Below are positions 1 through 9,704 of a DNA stretch of 64,000 bases, in pieces (position 1 is the stretch's first letter; each line of letters begins with the position of its first letter). Position numbers and translations under genes: made by a program. Under the pieces are notes generated by a model. It made no database searches, was not told where the DNA came from, and worked only from the letters and a program-made list of their open reading frames with translations. Source of the DNA: an uncultured bacterium. GTDB taxonomy: Bacteria; Oederibacteriota; Oederibacteriia; Oederibacteriales; Oederibacteriaceae. The stretch covers positions 1,568,001 to 1,632,000 of the forward strand of contig OZ218778.1 of NCBI GenBank assembly GCA_965112635.1, given 5' to 3'.

Positions 1-174
1 GCGGTTTTCGGCCATTTTTTCAAAGGCCCGGTGGAGATATCCTATCTCGACCTCGGAATTGACCACGGTCTCCGCGTCCAGTTCCAGGGCTATCTTGATG
101 ACCCCGTGCGTGGAGGGATGGGACGGGCCCATGTTGAGGTACATGTGGTCGGTGCGGAGTTTAGGGGGTTCCAA
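1..174 (-). CDS. nuoD: NADH-quinone oxidoreductase subunit D, 5' part (runs off the window)
   Basis: Manual translation from TTG at 174: ...[49 protein letters not shown]; GPxHPxxHG and GYLHRxxEK motifs; directly follows nuoC. Confidence 0.9.
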   Translation of the reverse strand, partial: MEPPKLRTDHMYLNMGPSHPSTHGVIKIALELDAETVVNSEVEIGYLHRAFEKMAENR

Positions 175-175
175 A

Positions 176-670
176 TCAATCTCTCTTTCTTAAAGGGACG
201 ATGGGCTGCTGCTTGTTCAAAGGGTAATCCTTGCGCAAAGGATGGCCGACAAAGGATTCATACATCAGGAGCCTTTTCATGTTGGGATGGCCGTTAAATT
301 TGACGCCGAACATGTCCCAGACCTCCCGCTCCAGCCAGTTGGCCAGGCCGTACAGGGGGGACAGGGAGTCGATGCGGGGGTCTTCCTGAGGCACGGCCGA
401 CTTGACCCGCACCCGGGAATTGTTCTTGAAAGAATAGAAGTGGCAGACCACCTCGAAGCGGACAGGAGCTTGGGGGCCCTTGTCCACGGCGGTCAGGTCC
501 GTGAGCATGTCATAGGAAAGCTCCGGGTCGTCCTTGAGGAAGGCGGCCAGCTCTTTGTACCGTTCCCGGGGGATGACCACCTGGTCCTGGCCCAGAGGCG
601 AGGAGACCTGGTCGGCAGGGAGTCTGAAACGCTCCTGGACGCGGCTGAGGGTCGGGGAGAGTCCGCTCAT
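176..670 (-). CDS. nuoC: NADH-quinone oxidoreductase subunit C
   Basis: [17 protein letters not shown] and GHPLRKDYP motifs; likely start MSGLS at 670, overlapping the nuoB stop. Confidence 0.93.
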   Translation of the reverse strand: MSGLSPTLSRVQERFRLPADQVSSPLGQDQVVIPRERYKELAAFLKDDPELSYDMLTDLTAVDKGPQAPVRFEVVCHFYSFKNNSRVRVKSAVPQEDPRIDSLSPLYGLANWLEREVWDMFGVKFNGHPNMKRLLMYESFVGHPLRKDYPLNKQQPIVPLRKRD

Positions 671-1146
671 TCGAACAGTCCTTGTTTGGATTTTTGGATC
701 TTTTCCTGCAGTTTGATGAGGGCGTCCAAAACCGTTTCCGGACGGGGCGGGCAGCCCGGCACAAAAACATCGACCGGGATGATGGTGTCGATGCCCGGCA
801 CCGTGGCGTAGTTCTGGTAAAACCCGCCTGTGGAAGCGCAGGTCCCGAAGGAGATGACCCATTTGGGGTCGGCCATCTGGTCGTATATCTTCTTGAGGAC
901 GGGCGACTGCTTGTGGTTGATGGTGCCGACCACGAACAAAACATCGGACTGGCGGGGGGAAAACCTGGGAAAACCGGCGCCAAAACGCTCGATGTCGTAG
1001 TGGGAGCAGGCCATGGACATGTATTCCATGCCGCAGCAGGCCGTCACAAAGGGGTATTGAAATAAGGAGTATTTCCTGGCCCAGCCAATGACCTGGTCCA
1101 GCTGGGTGGTGATGACTTGGGAGAGGGGCAACTTGTTTTCTTCCAT
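667..1146 (-). CDS. nuoB: NADH-quinone oxidoreductase subunit B
   Basis: [22 protein letters not shown] and PGCPPRPE Fe-S motifs; start uncertain (1146 or 1191). Confidence 0.95.
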   Translation of the reverse strand: MEENKLPLSQVITTQLDQVIGWARKYSLFQYPFVTACCGMEYMSMACSHYDIERFGAGFPRFSPRQSDVLFVVGTINHKQSPVLKKIYDQMADPKWVISFGTCASTGGFYQNYATVPGIDTIIPVDVFVPGCPPRPETVLDALIKLQEKIQKSKQGLFE

Positions 1147-1395
1147 ATTATTGTTGTCCTTTAGGAATAATGTTGGAATATGAGTGGACATTATAACATT
1201 TGTGGGACGATTTTCTAGGCAAAGCAGGGTTTTTGGATGGGTGCTGGGGAATGATTTGATACAAAGGCGGGGTCTTTGCCTAACATTTTGTACCGGAAAG
1301 AATTAGGTGAATACTATAATCGTTGAAAACATCATAAAACCTAGCCTGCTCACTCTTGCAGGAGGCTCGGCCCCGCTCATTTGTTCTTTGATTAA

Positions 1396-2118
1396 TTATT
1401 CAAGCCCAGCATTTGAAAGGGTTAACCAAATCGTAAGGTTACCATTCTTATCCTTTATTGGAATCCAACCAAGAGGCACACTAGGTTTTTCATAACAATT
1501 TCCAGATATTTTAATCCAATTGCCCTTTTTTTTAACTATATTAAAATCTTCTATCGTCATATCGTGGGCAAGATTCTCACCTGGATAATTTTTATATTTT
1601 GCATTAAAGCTCGGCGTGTCATAAAATCGTCTTTTCTTCTGTCCCCCAAAAAATATGTTAACGCATGTTCCACTCTCAAATTTATCATCACTAAAACTAA
1701 AAATATCCACTCCTCCTGGTATTTCTTTTCTATTAATCCATGCTCTCTTATCATTTTCACAATCATAAACAATTTCCAGATAATTGCCTTTCTCGTTCAT
1801 AACAGGAAATTGGGAATCGGTGAATGGCATGTCAACCCCGCTGATTAATATTCGCATTATTGGGATTGTATCATCCGAATATATTTTTGAGCCAAGGACC
1901 CATGTTGCGTTATTTTTTTTAAGGTATGTCTGGATGTAATCATATTCTTTACTGCCATACTCCAAAATACCAATTGCATTTTTAAATATCACTTGAGGAA
2001 CATCTTCATAGTCTATTGGAGATTCCTCACTAGCTGTATCCCCATAGTAAATTTTAGGAGCCATAACATTTACAGATATTGCTAACAGAAAACAAAACAA
2101 TATATTAAATTTTCTCAT
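1396..2118 (-). CDS. AT-rich hypothetical secreted protein
   Basis: 240 aa ORF with signal-peptide-like N-terminus; GGAG upstream; composition differs from flanks. Confidence 0.7.
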   Translation of the reverse strand: MRKFNILFCFLLAISVNVMAPKIYYGDTASEESPIDYEDVPQVIFKNAIGILEYGSKEYDYIQTYLKKNNATWVLGSKIYSDDTIPIMRILISGVDMPFTDSQFPVMNEKGNYLEIVYDCENDKRAWINRKEIPGGVDIFSFSDDKFESGTCVNIFFGGQKKRRFYDTPSFNAKYKNYPGENLAHDMTIEDFNIVKKKGNWIKISGNCYEKPSVPLGWIPIKDKNGNLTIWLTLSNAGLE

Positions 2119-2352
2119 AACATTACTCCTCCTGGTATTTACCGTGAGGTCTAGGTGTATAGTGTGTAACCAAATTCTTTCCGAAATAAAAGTGGTCTAA
2201 GACAAAGGATAGCGTGTCCCAAGGGGTTGGTCAATGACCGCCTAGGGCAGGGAAATGTCAGGGCAAGGCATTGTTATCACAAGGACAAGGATAGAGTGAG
2301 CCAGGACCAAGGGCCGCATGATCAAGGGCCAAGGGCCTGGTATTCCAAGGGC

Positions 2353-2459
2353 TTACTTCCGCTGGTATTCCGGGCACTCTGTGGCGTTGGGGCGTTCGGG
2401 GCGGCGGCAGGAGTTGGGGTGGTCGAAACTGCAGGTATCACAGAGAAATTCTGAGGCGG
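2353..2459. repeat. 107-bp direct repeat, copy 1 (copy 2 at 3773-3879)
   Basis: 2384-2459 is identical to 3804-3879; 6 mismatches in 2368-2383. Confidence 0.95.
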
Positions 2460-2466
2460 TCTGCAT
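2353..2466 (-). CDS. 37-aa Cys-rich mini-ORF, a copy of the C-terminal half of the SEC-C protein
   Basis: [37 protein letters not shown]; 5 of 6 differences from 3773-3879 are synonymous. Confidence 0.5.
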   Translation of the reverse strand: MQTASEFLCDTCSFDHPNSCRRPERPNATECPEYQRK

Positions 2467-2483
2467 TATTGACAATTTGTCTA

Positions 2484-2580
2484 CCTTGAAAATCCACCAT
2501 GACACGGTGGAATTTCAAGGCAAAAGTACTTCATATGGCTACCTTGAAAACTCGGTTGACAACGCCGAGATTTCAAGGTA
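2484..2580. promoter_or_regulatory. Two related palindromes upstream of the ATPase (putative operators or hairpins)
   Basis: CCTTGAAAATCCACC-n7-GGTGGAATTTCAAGG (2484-2520) and TACCTTGAAAACTCGG-n9-CCGAGATTTCAAGGTA (2540-2580). Confidence 0.6.
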
Positions 2581-2591
2581 ATATCCATGCC

Positions 2592-3746
2592 ATGATAAAG
2601 AGAACAGAGCACCTCCAGAAAGCGTTAGGACTATTGAGGGCCTATCCGGCGGTCGCTATCCTGGGCCCCCGGCAGATCGGCAAGACCACTCTGGCCGGAC
2701 TAGTCGGCAGAAAATGGAAAGGCCCGGTCACGCGGTTTGACTTGGAGGACCCCACAGACCTTTACCGCCTTAATGAGCCAAAAATGGTTTTAGAGCCTCT
2801 TCGAGGGCTGGTGGTCATTGACGAGGTGCAGAAGCGTCCTGAGCTTTTTTCCTATATCAGAGTCCTGGCGGACCAACGGCAAGTCAGGCGTAGGTTTCTC
2901 ATCCTGGGGAGCGCGTCCCCATCCCTTTTAAGACAGAGTTCGGAAACCCTGGCCGGCAGGATCGCCTATCACACTCTGGGCGGGCTGGATATGTTCGAAA
3001 CCGGAGCGGCCAGTCTGGAGCCTTTGTGGCTAAGGGGAGGTTTCCCCCGGTCTTTTCTGGCGAAAAGCGAAAAGGAAAGCGTGGAGTGGCGCCGGAACTT
3101 TGTCAGGACTTTTCTGGAGCAGGATATTCCCCAGCTGGGAATATCCATTCCTGCCGGGACCATGAGGCGTTTTTGGTCCCTCTTGGCACATTACCACGGC
3201 CAGATATGGAACAGTTCCGAGCCGGCCCGGTCGTTTGGGATGGCCGATACCACCATTAAGAGATACCTAGATATTCTGACAGATACTTTTATGGTCCGGC
3301 AGCTAGCTCCTTGGCACGAAAATCTAAAAAAAAGACAGGTGAAATCTCCCAAGGTATATTTCATGGACACGGGCCTTTTGCACCTACTGATGGATGCGCC
3401 GGATAAGGCCTCGCTCCTCAGGCATCCCAAACAGGGGGCCTCTTGGGAAGGGTTCATGATGGAGATGGTGATACGCAGGACAGGGGCATGGCCAGAGGAG
3501 TGTTACTTTTGGGCGACGCATGCGGGAGCCGAGATCGACCTGCTGGTCGTCAGGGGAGGTAAGCGGTATGGTTTTGAGTTCAAGCGGACTGCGAACCCCC
3601 AGGTCACTCCCTCAATGCGGATCGGCCAGAAGGAGTTGAATCTCAAGCAGCTCTGGGTTATCCACGCCGGCAAGGAGAGCTTTGACTTACCTCAGAATAT
3701 CAGGGCTGTGGCGGCGGCAAAACTACGGGAAATCCCTCATCTTTGA
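2592..3746 (+). CDS. AAA_14 ATPase with DUF4143 / C-terminal PD-(D/E)xK-like domain
   Basis: Walker A GPRQIGKT, Walker B VVIDEVQ, SETLAGR, KSPKVYFMDTGL, EIDL...FEFK. Confidence 0.9.
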   Translation: MIKRTEHLQKALGLLRAYPAVAILGPRQIGKTTLAGLVGRKWKGPVTRFDLEDPTDLYRLNEPKMVLEPLRGLVVIDEVQKRPELFSYIRVLADQRQVRRRFLILGSASPSLLRQSSETLAGRIAYHTLGGLDMFETGAASLEPLWLRGGFPRSFLAKSEKESVEWRRNFVRTFLEQDIPQLGISIPAGTMRRFWSLLAHYHGQIWNSSEPARSFGMADTTIKRYLDILTDTFMVRQLAPWHENLKKRQVKSPKVYFMDTGLLHLLMDAPDKASLLRHPKQGASWEGFMMEMVIRRTGAWPEECYFWATHAGAEIDLLVVRGGKRYGFEFKRTANPQVTPSMRIGQKELNLKQLWVIHAGKESFDLPQNIRAVAAAKLREIPHL

Positions 3747-3772
3747 GCATTGCCGGGGTAAAAAAAGTTAGG

Positions 3773-3988
3773 TTACTTCCGCTGGTACTCAGGACACGCA
3801 GTAGCGTTGGGGCGTTCGGGGCGGCGGCAGGAGTTGGGGTGGTCGAAACTGCAGGTATCACAGAGAAATTCTGAGGCGGCAATGTTATTGACCACCCGGC
3901 CGGAAAGAGCGTCTTTTTCCATACAACATTTTTTGTATTTTTTCCCGCTCCCGCAGGGGCAGGGGTCGTTGCGTCCTACCTTGGACAT
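3773..3988 (-). CDS. SEC-C motif protein with a second Cys-rich domain
   Basis: [20 protein letters not shown] followed by CDTC...C...C. Confidence 0.85.
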   Translation of the reverse strand: MSKVGRNDPCPCGSGKKYKKCCMEKDALSGRVVNNIAASEFLCDTCSFDHPNSCRRPERPNATACPEYQRK

Positions 3989-4186
3989 GGCCAGCCTTCT
4001 ATATATAAGATGAGTTTCAAACAGGACAATCATATCTGATTATAGCCAAACAACGAAAGGGATAAATGTGTATCCGGGCATCAACATTCCTTATATATTA
4101 TTCTTTATCCCATTCAGAACCAGGGCAATCTTGACTATATGAGGATAGGAATGTAACATCATAGAAATCTTTTTGGTCTATGACTA

Positions 4187-4333
4187 CTGCCGAGAAAACC
4201 CCGGCCTCGCCTTCAAGGTGCGTGTCCATGAGGACATTAGGCCGGGGATGAACGGCAGCCCGAGCGTAGCGAGGAGGAACAAACAAGATAACTCCTCCTT
4301 ACGAAAACCCCGCCCTTTAGGGCGGGGAAGTTT
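4187..4333. mobile_element. Highly structured MITE/REP-like element resembling IS200/IS605/IS607-type ends; no transposase
   Basis: Nested stems CTGCCG/CGGCAG and CCCCGGCCT/AGGCCGGGG; GAGCGTAGCGA; terminal hairpin CCCCGCCC-TTTA-GGGCGGGG. Confidence 0.5.
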
Positions 4334-4354
4334 ATTTTGGACGAGGAGGGGCAG

Positions 4355-6025
4355 ATGTCTGACCTGGATATAGCTCTAAAAGCCAAGATGAAAAAAATCA
4401 CGGAGCTGGCCAAAGAAAAGCTGGGTATCCCGGCTGACGCCATGGAACCTTACGGGCATTACATTGCCAAACTTTCCATCGAATTCATGGAGTCCCTCAA
4501 GAATAAAAAAGACGGCAAGCTCATCCTGGTCACGGCCATCAGCCCCACGCCGGCCGGCGAAGGAAAAACCACCACCACCGTCGGATTGGGCGACGCCCTG
4601 AACCGTATCGGCAAAAAAGCGGTCATGTGTTTGCGGGAGCCTTCCCTGGGCCCGTGTTTCGGTGCCAAAGGCGGCGCGGCCGGAGGCGGTTTCGCCCAAG
4701 TCGTTCCCATGGAAGATATCAACCTGCATTTCACCGGTGATTTCCACGCCATCAGCCTGTGCCACAACCTGCTGGCGGCTCTGGTGGACAACCATATCCA
4801 ACAGGGCAATGAACTGGACATCGACGTGCGCCGGGTGACCTGGAACCGCGTCATCGACCTCAACGACAGGGCTTTGCGTCACATGACCATCGGCCTGGGC
4901 GGGACCGGCAACGGTTTCCCCCGTGAGGACAGTTTTGACATCGTGCCGGCTTCGGAGATCATGGCCATCCTGTGCCTGAGCACCTCCATCAAGGACCTCA
5001 AGCAGAGATTGGGCAACATAATAGTAGGCTACTCCAGACAGAACAAGCCCATCCGGGCCAAAGACCTCAAAGTGCAGGGCTCCATGGCCATCCTGCTCAA
5101 GGACGCCATCAAGCCCAATATGGTCCAGACATTAGAGAACAACATCGCTTTCGTACATGGCGGGCCTTTTGGCAACATCGCCCACGGCTGCAACACGGTG
5201 CGGGCCACGAGCGTGGCCCTGAAACTCGCTGATTACGTGGTGACCGAGGCCGGGTTCGGCGCGGACCTGGGCGCGGAAAAGTTCGTGGACATCAAATGCC
5301 GCAAGTCCGGCTTAAGGCCGTCCATGGCCGTGCTGGTGGCGACCATCCGGGCCTTGAAGTACCACGGCGGGGCCGACCTTAAAACTTTGGATAAAGAGAA
5401 CCTCCCGGCCCTGGAAAAGGGCATGGCCAACCTGGAGAGGCATATCAACAACATCCGCAACCATTTCGGGCTGCCCTGCGTGGTGGCCATCAATAAGTTC
5501 ACGGCGGACACCGAGGCGGAGATCAAGCTCCTCAAGACCAAGATCGCGCACCACGAGGTGCCGGTCGTGCTGGCCAATCACTGGGCCCAGGGCGGCAGGG
5601 GAGCCGAGGAATTGGCCCGCAAGGTCGTGCAGGTCATCGACGAAGTGCCGTCGGATTTCCATTTTGTCTATGACGACAACGACACCCTGTGGGAAAAGAT
5701 CAACAAGGTCGCCCAGAAGATCTACGGGGCTTCGGAGATCGTGGCGGACACCAAGGTGCGCGCCAAGATCAAGGCCTACCAGGAGGATTTCGGCACATAC
5801 CCGGTTTGCATCGCCAAGACCCAGTATTCATTTTCCACGGACCCGCTCCTCAAAGGGGCGCCTTCCAACCACGTGGTGCAGATCAACGACGTCAGGCTGG
5901 CCGCCGGGGCCGAATTTTTGGTGGCCATTTGCGGGGATATCATGACCATGCCCGGCCTGCCCAAAGTACCCAGGGCCGTGGCCGGGGACCTGGACGACAA
6001 CGGGAAGATAGTCGGGCTATTCTAA
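4355..6025 (+). CDS. fhs: Formate--tetrahydrofolate ligase
   Basis: [59 protein letters not shown]. Confidence 0.98.
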   Translation: MSDLDIALKAKMKKITELAKEKLGIPADAMEPYGHYIAKLSIEFMESLKNKKDGKLILVTAISPTPAGEGKTTTTVGLGDALNRIGKKAVMCLREPSLGPCFGAKGGAAGGGFAQVVPMEDINLHFTGDFHAISLCHNLLAALVDNHIQQGNELDIDVRRVTWNRVIDLNDRALRHMTIGLGGTGNGFPREDSFDIVPASEIMAILCLSTSIKDLKQRLGNIIVGYSRQNKPIRAKDLKVQGSMAILLKDAIKPNMVQTLENNIAFVHGGPFGNIAHGCNTVRATSVALKLADYVVTEAGFGADLGAEKFVDIKCRKSGLRPSMAVLVATIRALKYHGGADLKTLDKENLPALEKGMANLERHINNIRNHFGLPCVVAINKFTADTEAEIKLLKTKIAHHEVPVVLANHWAQGGRGAEELARKVVQVIDEVPSDFHFVYDDNDTLWEKINKVAQKIYGASEIVADTKVRAKIKAYQEDFGTYPVCIAKTQYSFSTDPLLKGAPSNHVVQINDVRLAAGAEFLVAICGDIMTMPGLPKVPRAVAGDLDDNGKIVGLF

Positions 6026-6039
6026 TTTAACGAGGAAAA

Positions 6040-7629
6040 ATGGAACCTAGTAGCAATGCCATGACCTTTGAAGAAGTCGTCAAAGCCGACCGCTTTTATT
6101 ACGGGGTGGAACTGGTCACCTCGCGCGGCATGGTGGATACCGCCAACCCCAACAAGCAGCTGCAGCTGGGCGAGGCCTTTAGCGCCAACCCCAGGGTGAG
6201 CTGGATATCCATCACGGACAATCCCAGCGGCAACGCCATGCTGCCGCCGGACGCCCTGGCGCGCCTGCTGGCCAAGAAAAAAGAGGTCCTCATCCACCTG
6301 ACCTGCAAGGACATCAACCGCAATTCCCTGGAGTCCTCGGCGTGGGGCTACGCCTCGGAAGGTTTCCGCAACATCCTGGCCTTATCCGGCGACTATCCCC
6401 AGGTGGCTTTCAGGGGCACGGGCACGCCGGTCTTTGATTTCGACTCGGTCAACCTCATCTACCTCCTGCACTCCATGAACCAGGGACTGCAGGTGCCGGG
6501 CCGGAAAAAGGGCGAGACCGAGACTCTGCCGCAGACCCGCTTTTATATCGGCTGCGCGGTGTCGCCTTTTAAACGGCTGGAGTCGGAGCTGATGGGGCAG
6601 TATTTCAAGCTGGTGCGCAAGGCGGCGGCCGGGGCGCAGTTCGTGATCCCCCAGCTGGGTTATGACATGAGGAAGTTCCACGAAGTCAAACTTTTCAGGG
6701 ACCGCTTTAAACTGGGCATGAGGCTTGTCGGCAACGTCTATGTCCTGACAAAAGGCGTGGCCGAGCTTTTTCACCGCAACCTGTTCCCGGGCTGCGTGGT
6801 CACGGACGAGCTTTTGGAGCTGTGCCGCAAGTACGGGGCAGGCCCGGACAAGGGCAAGCAATTCTTCATCGAGCTGGCGGCCAAACAGCTGGCCGTGTTC
6901 AAAGGCATGGGGTTCGACGCGGGATATCTGGCCGGCCTCAACCAGCCGGAAACGTTCGACCAGATCGTCGACCTGGCCGAGAGCTACAGCCAGAACGACT
7001 GGAAAGCATTCGCCAAAGAAATTCAGTATAACCGCAAGGGCGAGTTCTACCTCTTTGAACAGGACCCGGCCACGGGGCTGGGCGACCCCAACCGGCTGAA
7101 CCGCGCTTTTGTCCGTTCCCAGCAGAAGCCCAGGCGGTACGGCAAGATCAACCTGTTCTACGCCTTTAACAGGCTGGTCCATACTATGGCGTTCAACCGG
7201 GGCAAGGGATTGTTCAATACCTGCAAATTCCTTTATTCCAAGATAGACAACCATGACAGCGCTCTTTACTGGCTGGCCCACCGGTTCGAGCTGGTGGCCA
7301 AGGCCATGTTGTTTAAATGCAGGGACTGCGGGGACTGCAGCCTGCCGGACTGCGCTTACATCTGCCCGATGGCGAGCTGTTCCAAGAACGAGCGCAACGG
7401 CCCGTGCGGCGGTTCCAATGAAGGCATCTGCGAGAACGAGGACAAGACCTGCATCTGGGTCAGGATCTATGATAGACTTAAACGCTACGGAGAGTTCGAA
7501 AAGACCGTCACCGGGCCCATGGTGACCTACGACGCGAACCTGCTGGGAACCTCCTCGTGGGCCAACACGTTCCTGGGCCGGGACCATTTTGACCCGGAGA
7601 AACAAAAAAACCTGCTGAAAAGGAGCTGA
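6040..7629 (+). CDS. Methylenetetrahydrofolate reductase with fused C-terminal MetV-like Cys-rich domain
   Basis: MTHFR motifs ITDNP, HLTCKD.NR, NILALSGD; C-terminal CRDCGDC..ICP..CSK..RNGPCGGS..C..C. Confidence 0.85.
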   Translation: MEPSSNAMTFEEVVKADRFYYGVELVTSRGMVDTANPNKQLQLGEAFSANPRVSWISITDNPSGNAMLPPDALARLLAKKKEVLIHLTCKDINRNSLESSAWGYASEGFRNILALSGDYPQVAFRGTGTPVFDFDSVNLIYLLHSMNQGLQVPGRKKGETETLPQTRFYIGCAVSPFKRLESELMGQYFKLVRKAAAGAQFVIPQLGYDMRKFHEVKLFRDRFKLGMRLVGNVYVLTKGVAELFHRNLFPGCVVTDELLELCRKYGAGPDKGKQFFIELAAKQLAVFKGMGFDAGYLAGLNQPETFDQIVDLAESYSQNDWKAFAKEIQYNRKGEFYLFEQDPATGLGDPNRLNRAFVRSQQKPRRYGKINLFYAFNRLVHTMAFNRGKGLFNTCKFLYSKIDNHDSALYWLAHRFELVAKAMLFKCRDCGDCSLPDCAYICPMASCSKNERNGPCGGSNEGICENEDKTCIWVRIYDRLKRYGEFEKTVTGPMVTYDANLLGTSSWANTFLGRDHFDPEKQKNLLKRS

Positions 7630-7632
7630 GCC

Positions 7633-8508
7633 ATGCCATTACCAGGTCTTAAGATCATCGGAGAGTCCATCAATGATTCGGTTCCTTCGACCAAGAAGCT
7701 GTTCGAAGAGAACAATATCGCCCAGATTTTAGAGCTGGCCAAGTCCCAGGACGCCGCCGGCGCGAACTACATCGACGTCAACGTGGGCAGGCGCACTCCG
7801 GAATTCATGGCGGATATGGTCAAGAAGATACAGACCGTCACGGCCAAACCCCTGTCCATCGACACGCCGGATTTCAGCATCGCCAAAGCAGGCCTGGAGG
7901 CTTATGACCAGGCCAGGGCCGGGGGAGCCATCCCGGTCCTCAACTCCATCTCGCCTTTGCGCTACTCCATGCTGGAGCTCTACAAGACACGGCCTTTTAT
8001 GCCTCTCCTTTTGATCGCGGAGCGGATGGAGGACGGCAAATTTTTCCCCAATAAAACAGCGCAGGAGACTTACCAGACGGCCAAAGATATGATGGCCCAG
8101 GTCAGGAAAAGGGACTATCGCATCCCCAACGAGCAGTGCATCTTTGACCCGGGGATCAGCCCGGTCGGGGTGGATACCGAGGGGCATATCCTGAGGGTCG
8201 TCGAGACCTTAAAGCTCATCCATAACGATCCGGATTTCAAAGGATGCCATTGTTCCGTCGGCTTGAGTAATTTCACCCACATGCTGCCCTCCAAACGGCC
8301 GGACGGCTCGCCGGTCAAAGGGACGCTGGAAAGCGCGTTCCTGACCGTGGCCATGCCTTTGGGCCTGGACACGATCATCGGCTCCATGACCCGCAAATAC
8401 GCCATCCTGGACGACAGCCATCCGGCTATGCAATGCCTCAAGGACGTCCTCAAGATGACGGATCCCATGGACGCTATCATCAGGGTCAAGGAGTTTTATA
8501 CCAGCTAA
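7633..8508 (+). CDS. Pterin-binding methyltransferase (AcsE / MetH folate-binding-like)
   Basis: IIGESIN, GANYIDVNVG, PLSIDTP, LNSIS, FDPG, VGLSN motifs of the DHPS-like barrel. Confidence 0.85.
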   Translation: MPLPGLKIIGESINDSVPSTKKLFEENNIAQILELAKSQDAAGANYIDVNVGRRTPEFMADMVKKIQTVTAKPLSIDTPDFSIAKAGLEAYDQARAGGAIPVLNSISPLRYSMLELYKTRPFMPLLLIAERMEDGKFFPNKTAQETYQTAKDMMAQVRKRDYRIPNEQCIFDPGISPVGVDTEGHILRVVETLKLIHNDPDFKGCHCSVGLSNFTHMLPSKRPDGSPVKGTLESAFLTVAMPLGLDTIIGSMTRKYAILDDSHPAMQCLKDVLKMTDPMDAIIRVKEFYTS

Positions 8509-8529
8509 GGGATACAAGAAAATATCGGT

Positions 8530-8565
8530 AAAAAAAACCCCGCAAGAGATTGTGGGTTTTTTTTT
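8530..8565. terminator. Bidirectional intrinsic terminator
   Basis: A-run, stem, T-run between convergent genes. Confidence 0.7.
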
Positions 8566-8709
8566 AGGGGTACACCATTAGCCCAAGGCGGTAGGGTGAA
8601 GAGATTTGTTTAAGTGAATTGAGCGGACGGTCAGATTTGTCGCAGATAGTTAAGGAAGCACCCTAAATCCGTAGGGATTCAGGGTGCAAAAATCTACGGA
8701 GGACAGTTA

Positions 8710-9573
8710 TTAGATTTGGCGTAGATTTTTGAGGATGGAGTAGGTCGAATCGGTGTGGTTGACGCTGTAAAAATGCAGGCCCGCCACCCCTCTTTTCATC
8801 AATCCCCGGCATTGTTCGGTCGCGTAATCGATGCCGAATTGGTAGGCTCCCGGATTATCATGTTCAAAGGCCTGTATCTTGGCGGTCAGGGCCGCGGGGA
8901 TCCTGGAGCAGCAAAGCTTGGTAAAGCGATGCAGCTGGCTTACGGAACGGATGGGCAGGATGCCTGGTATGACCGGCACCTTGATGCCCTGCTTGCGGAC
9001 CGCGTCCCAATACCGGTAAAAATCCTCGTTGTCCAAAAAGAGCTGGGTGATGATCGCATCCGCCCCGGCATCCACTTTTTCCTTGAGATAACGCAGGTCA
9101 CTCTCGAAGCTGGGAGCTTCGGGATGCTTTTCCGGGAAACCGGCGACCGCGACCGAAAAACCCATGGCCACGGCTTCAGCCACCAGCTCGCTCGTGTGGA
9201 CGAACCGGTCCGCGGGAGGCGTCCAGTTGACCAGATCCTGGGGAAGGTCGCCCCGGACCGCCACGATGTTCTCGATGCCGCTGGACTTCAAGTCCGCGAG
9301 GATGGAGCGAAGCTGGTCCTTGGACAGGCCGATACAGGTCAGGTGGCTGACGGTCTCCATTTCCCATTCGTTCTTGAGGCGCTTGGAGATGTCAATGGAG
9401 CGGTCGCGGGAAAACCCGGCCGCGCCAAAGGTAACCGAATAAAAAGCGGTCTTCATTTCCTTGAAGGTGGGGATGCGGTTATAAAAGAACTGCTCTTGCT
9501 CGGGGGACTTGGGAGGGAACAGTTCGATGGACACAACAAGCTTGTAAGAGGCGTAGATGCTTTTGAGCTTCAT
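8710..9573 (-). CDS. metF: 5,10-methylenetetrahydrofolate reductase (canonical)
   Basis: SIELFPPK, SVTFGA, HLTC, RGD, AGFPEKHP, ITQLFLDN, GLHFY. Confidence 0.95.
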   Translation of the reverse strand: MKLKSIYASYKLVVSIELFPPKSPEQEQFFYNRIPTFKEMKTAFYSVTFGAAGFSRDRSIDISKRLKNEWEMETVSHLTCIGLSKDQLRSILADLKSSGIENIVAVRGDLPQDLVNWTPPADRFVHTSELVAEAVAMGFSVAVAGFPEKHPEAPSFESDLRYLKEKVDAGADAIITQLFLDNEDFYRYWDAVRKQGIKVPVIPGILPIRSVSQLHRFTKLCCSRIPAALTAKIQAFEHDNPGAYQFGIDYATEQCRGLMKRGVAGLHFYSVNHTDSTYSILKNLRQI

Positions 9574-9704
9574 GGCAGGATATTTTAACACACCGCTATC
9601 CAGTTAATAAAGAAGCTTGCCGACAAAATGGTGTGCTGTTGCCGGTTGTCTTGCGGGTAAAACACGGTATAATTTTTCACGGACCAGGGAAAGGATGGCA
9701 AGGC

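Noticed and set aside
1278-1395. Possible integron attC (GTTAGGC on the minus strand after the orphan gene)
   Set aside because: No matching inverse core or extended stem; no integron integrase or second cassette
2219-2352. Scattered CAAGG(G/A)C motifs
   Set aside because: Irregular spacing and short; no function supportable
4100-4354. ZTP or THF riboswitch expected upstream of fhs
   Set aside because: Consensus elements (for ZTP, the GACTGGCG and CGCCTGGG pseudoknot halves) not found; the structure looks more like a mobile palindrome
6382-9588. Long opposite-strand ORFs (6382-7605, 8755-9588) and similar ones elsewhere
   Set aside because: Shadows of GC-rich genuine genes, without recognisable motifs
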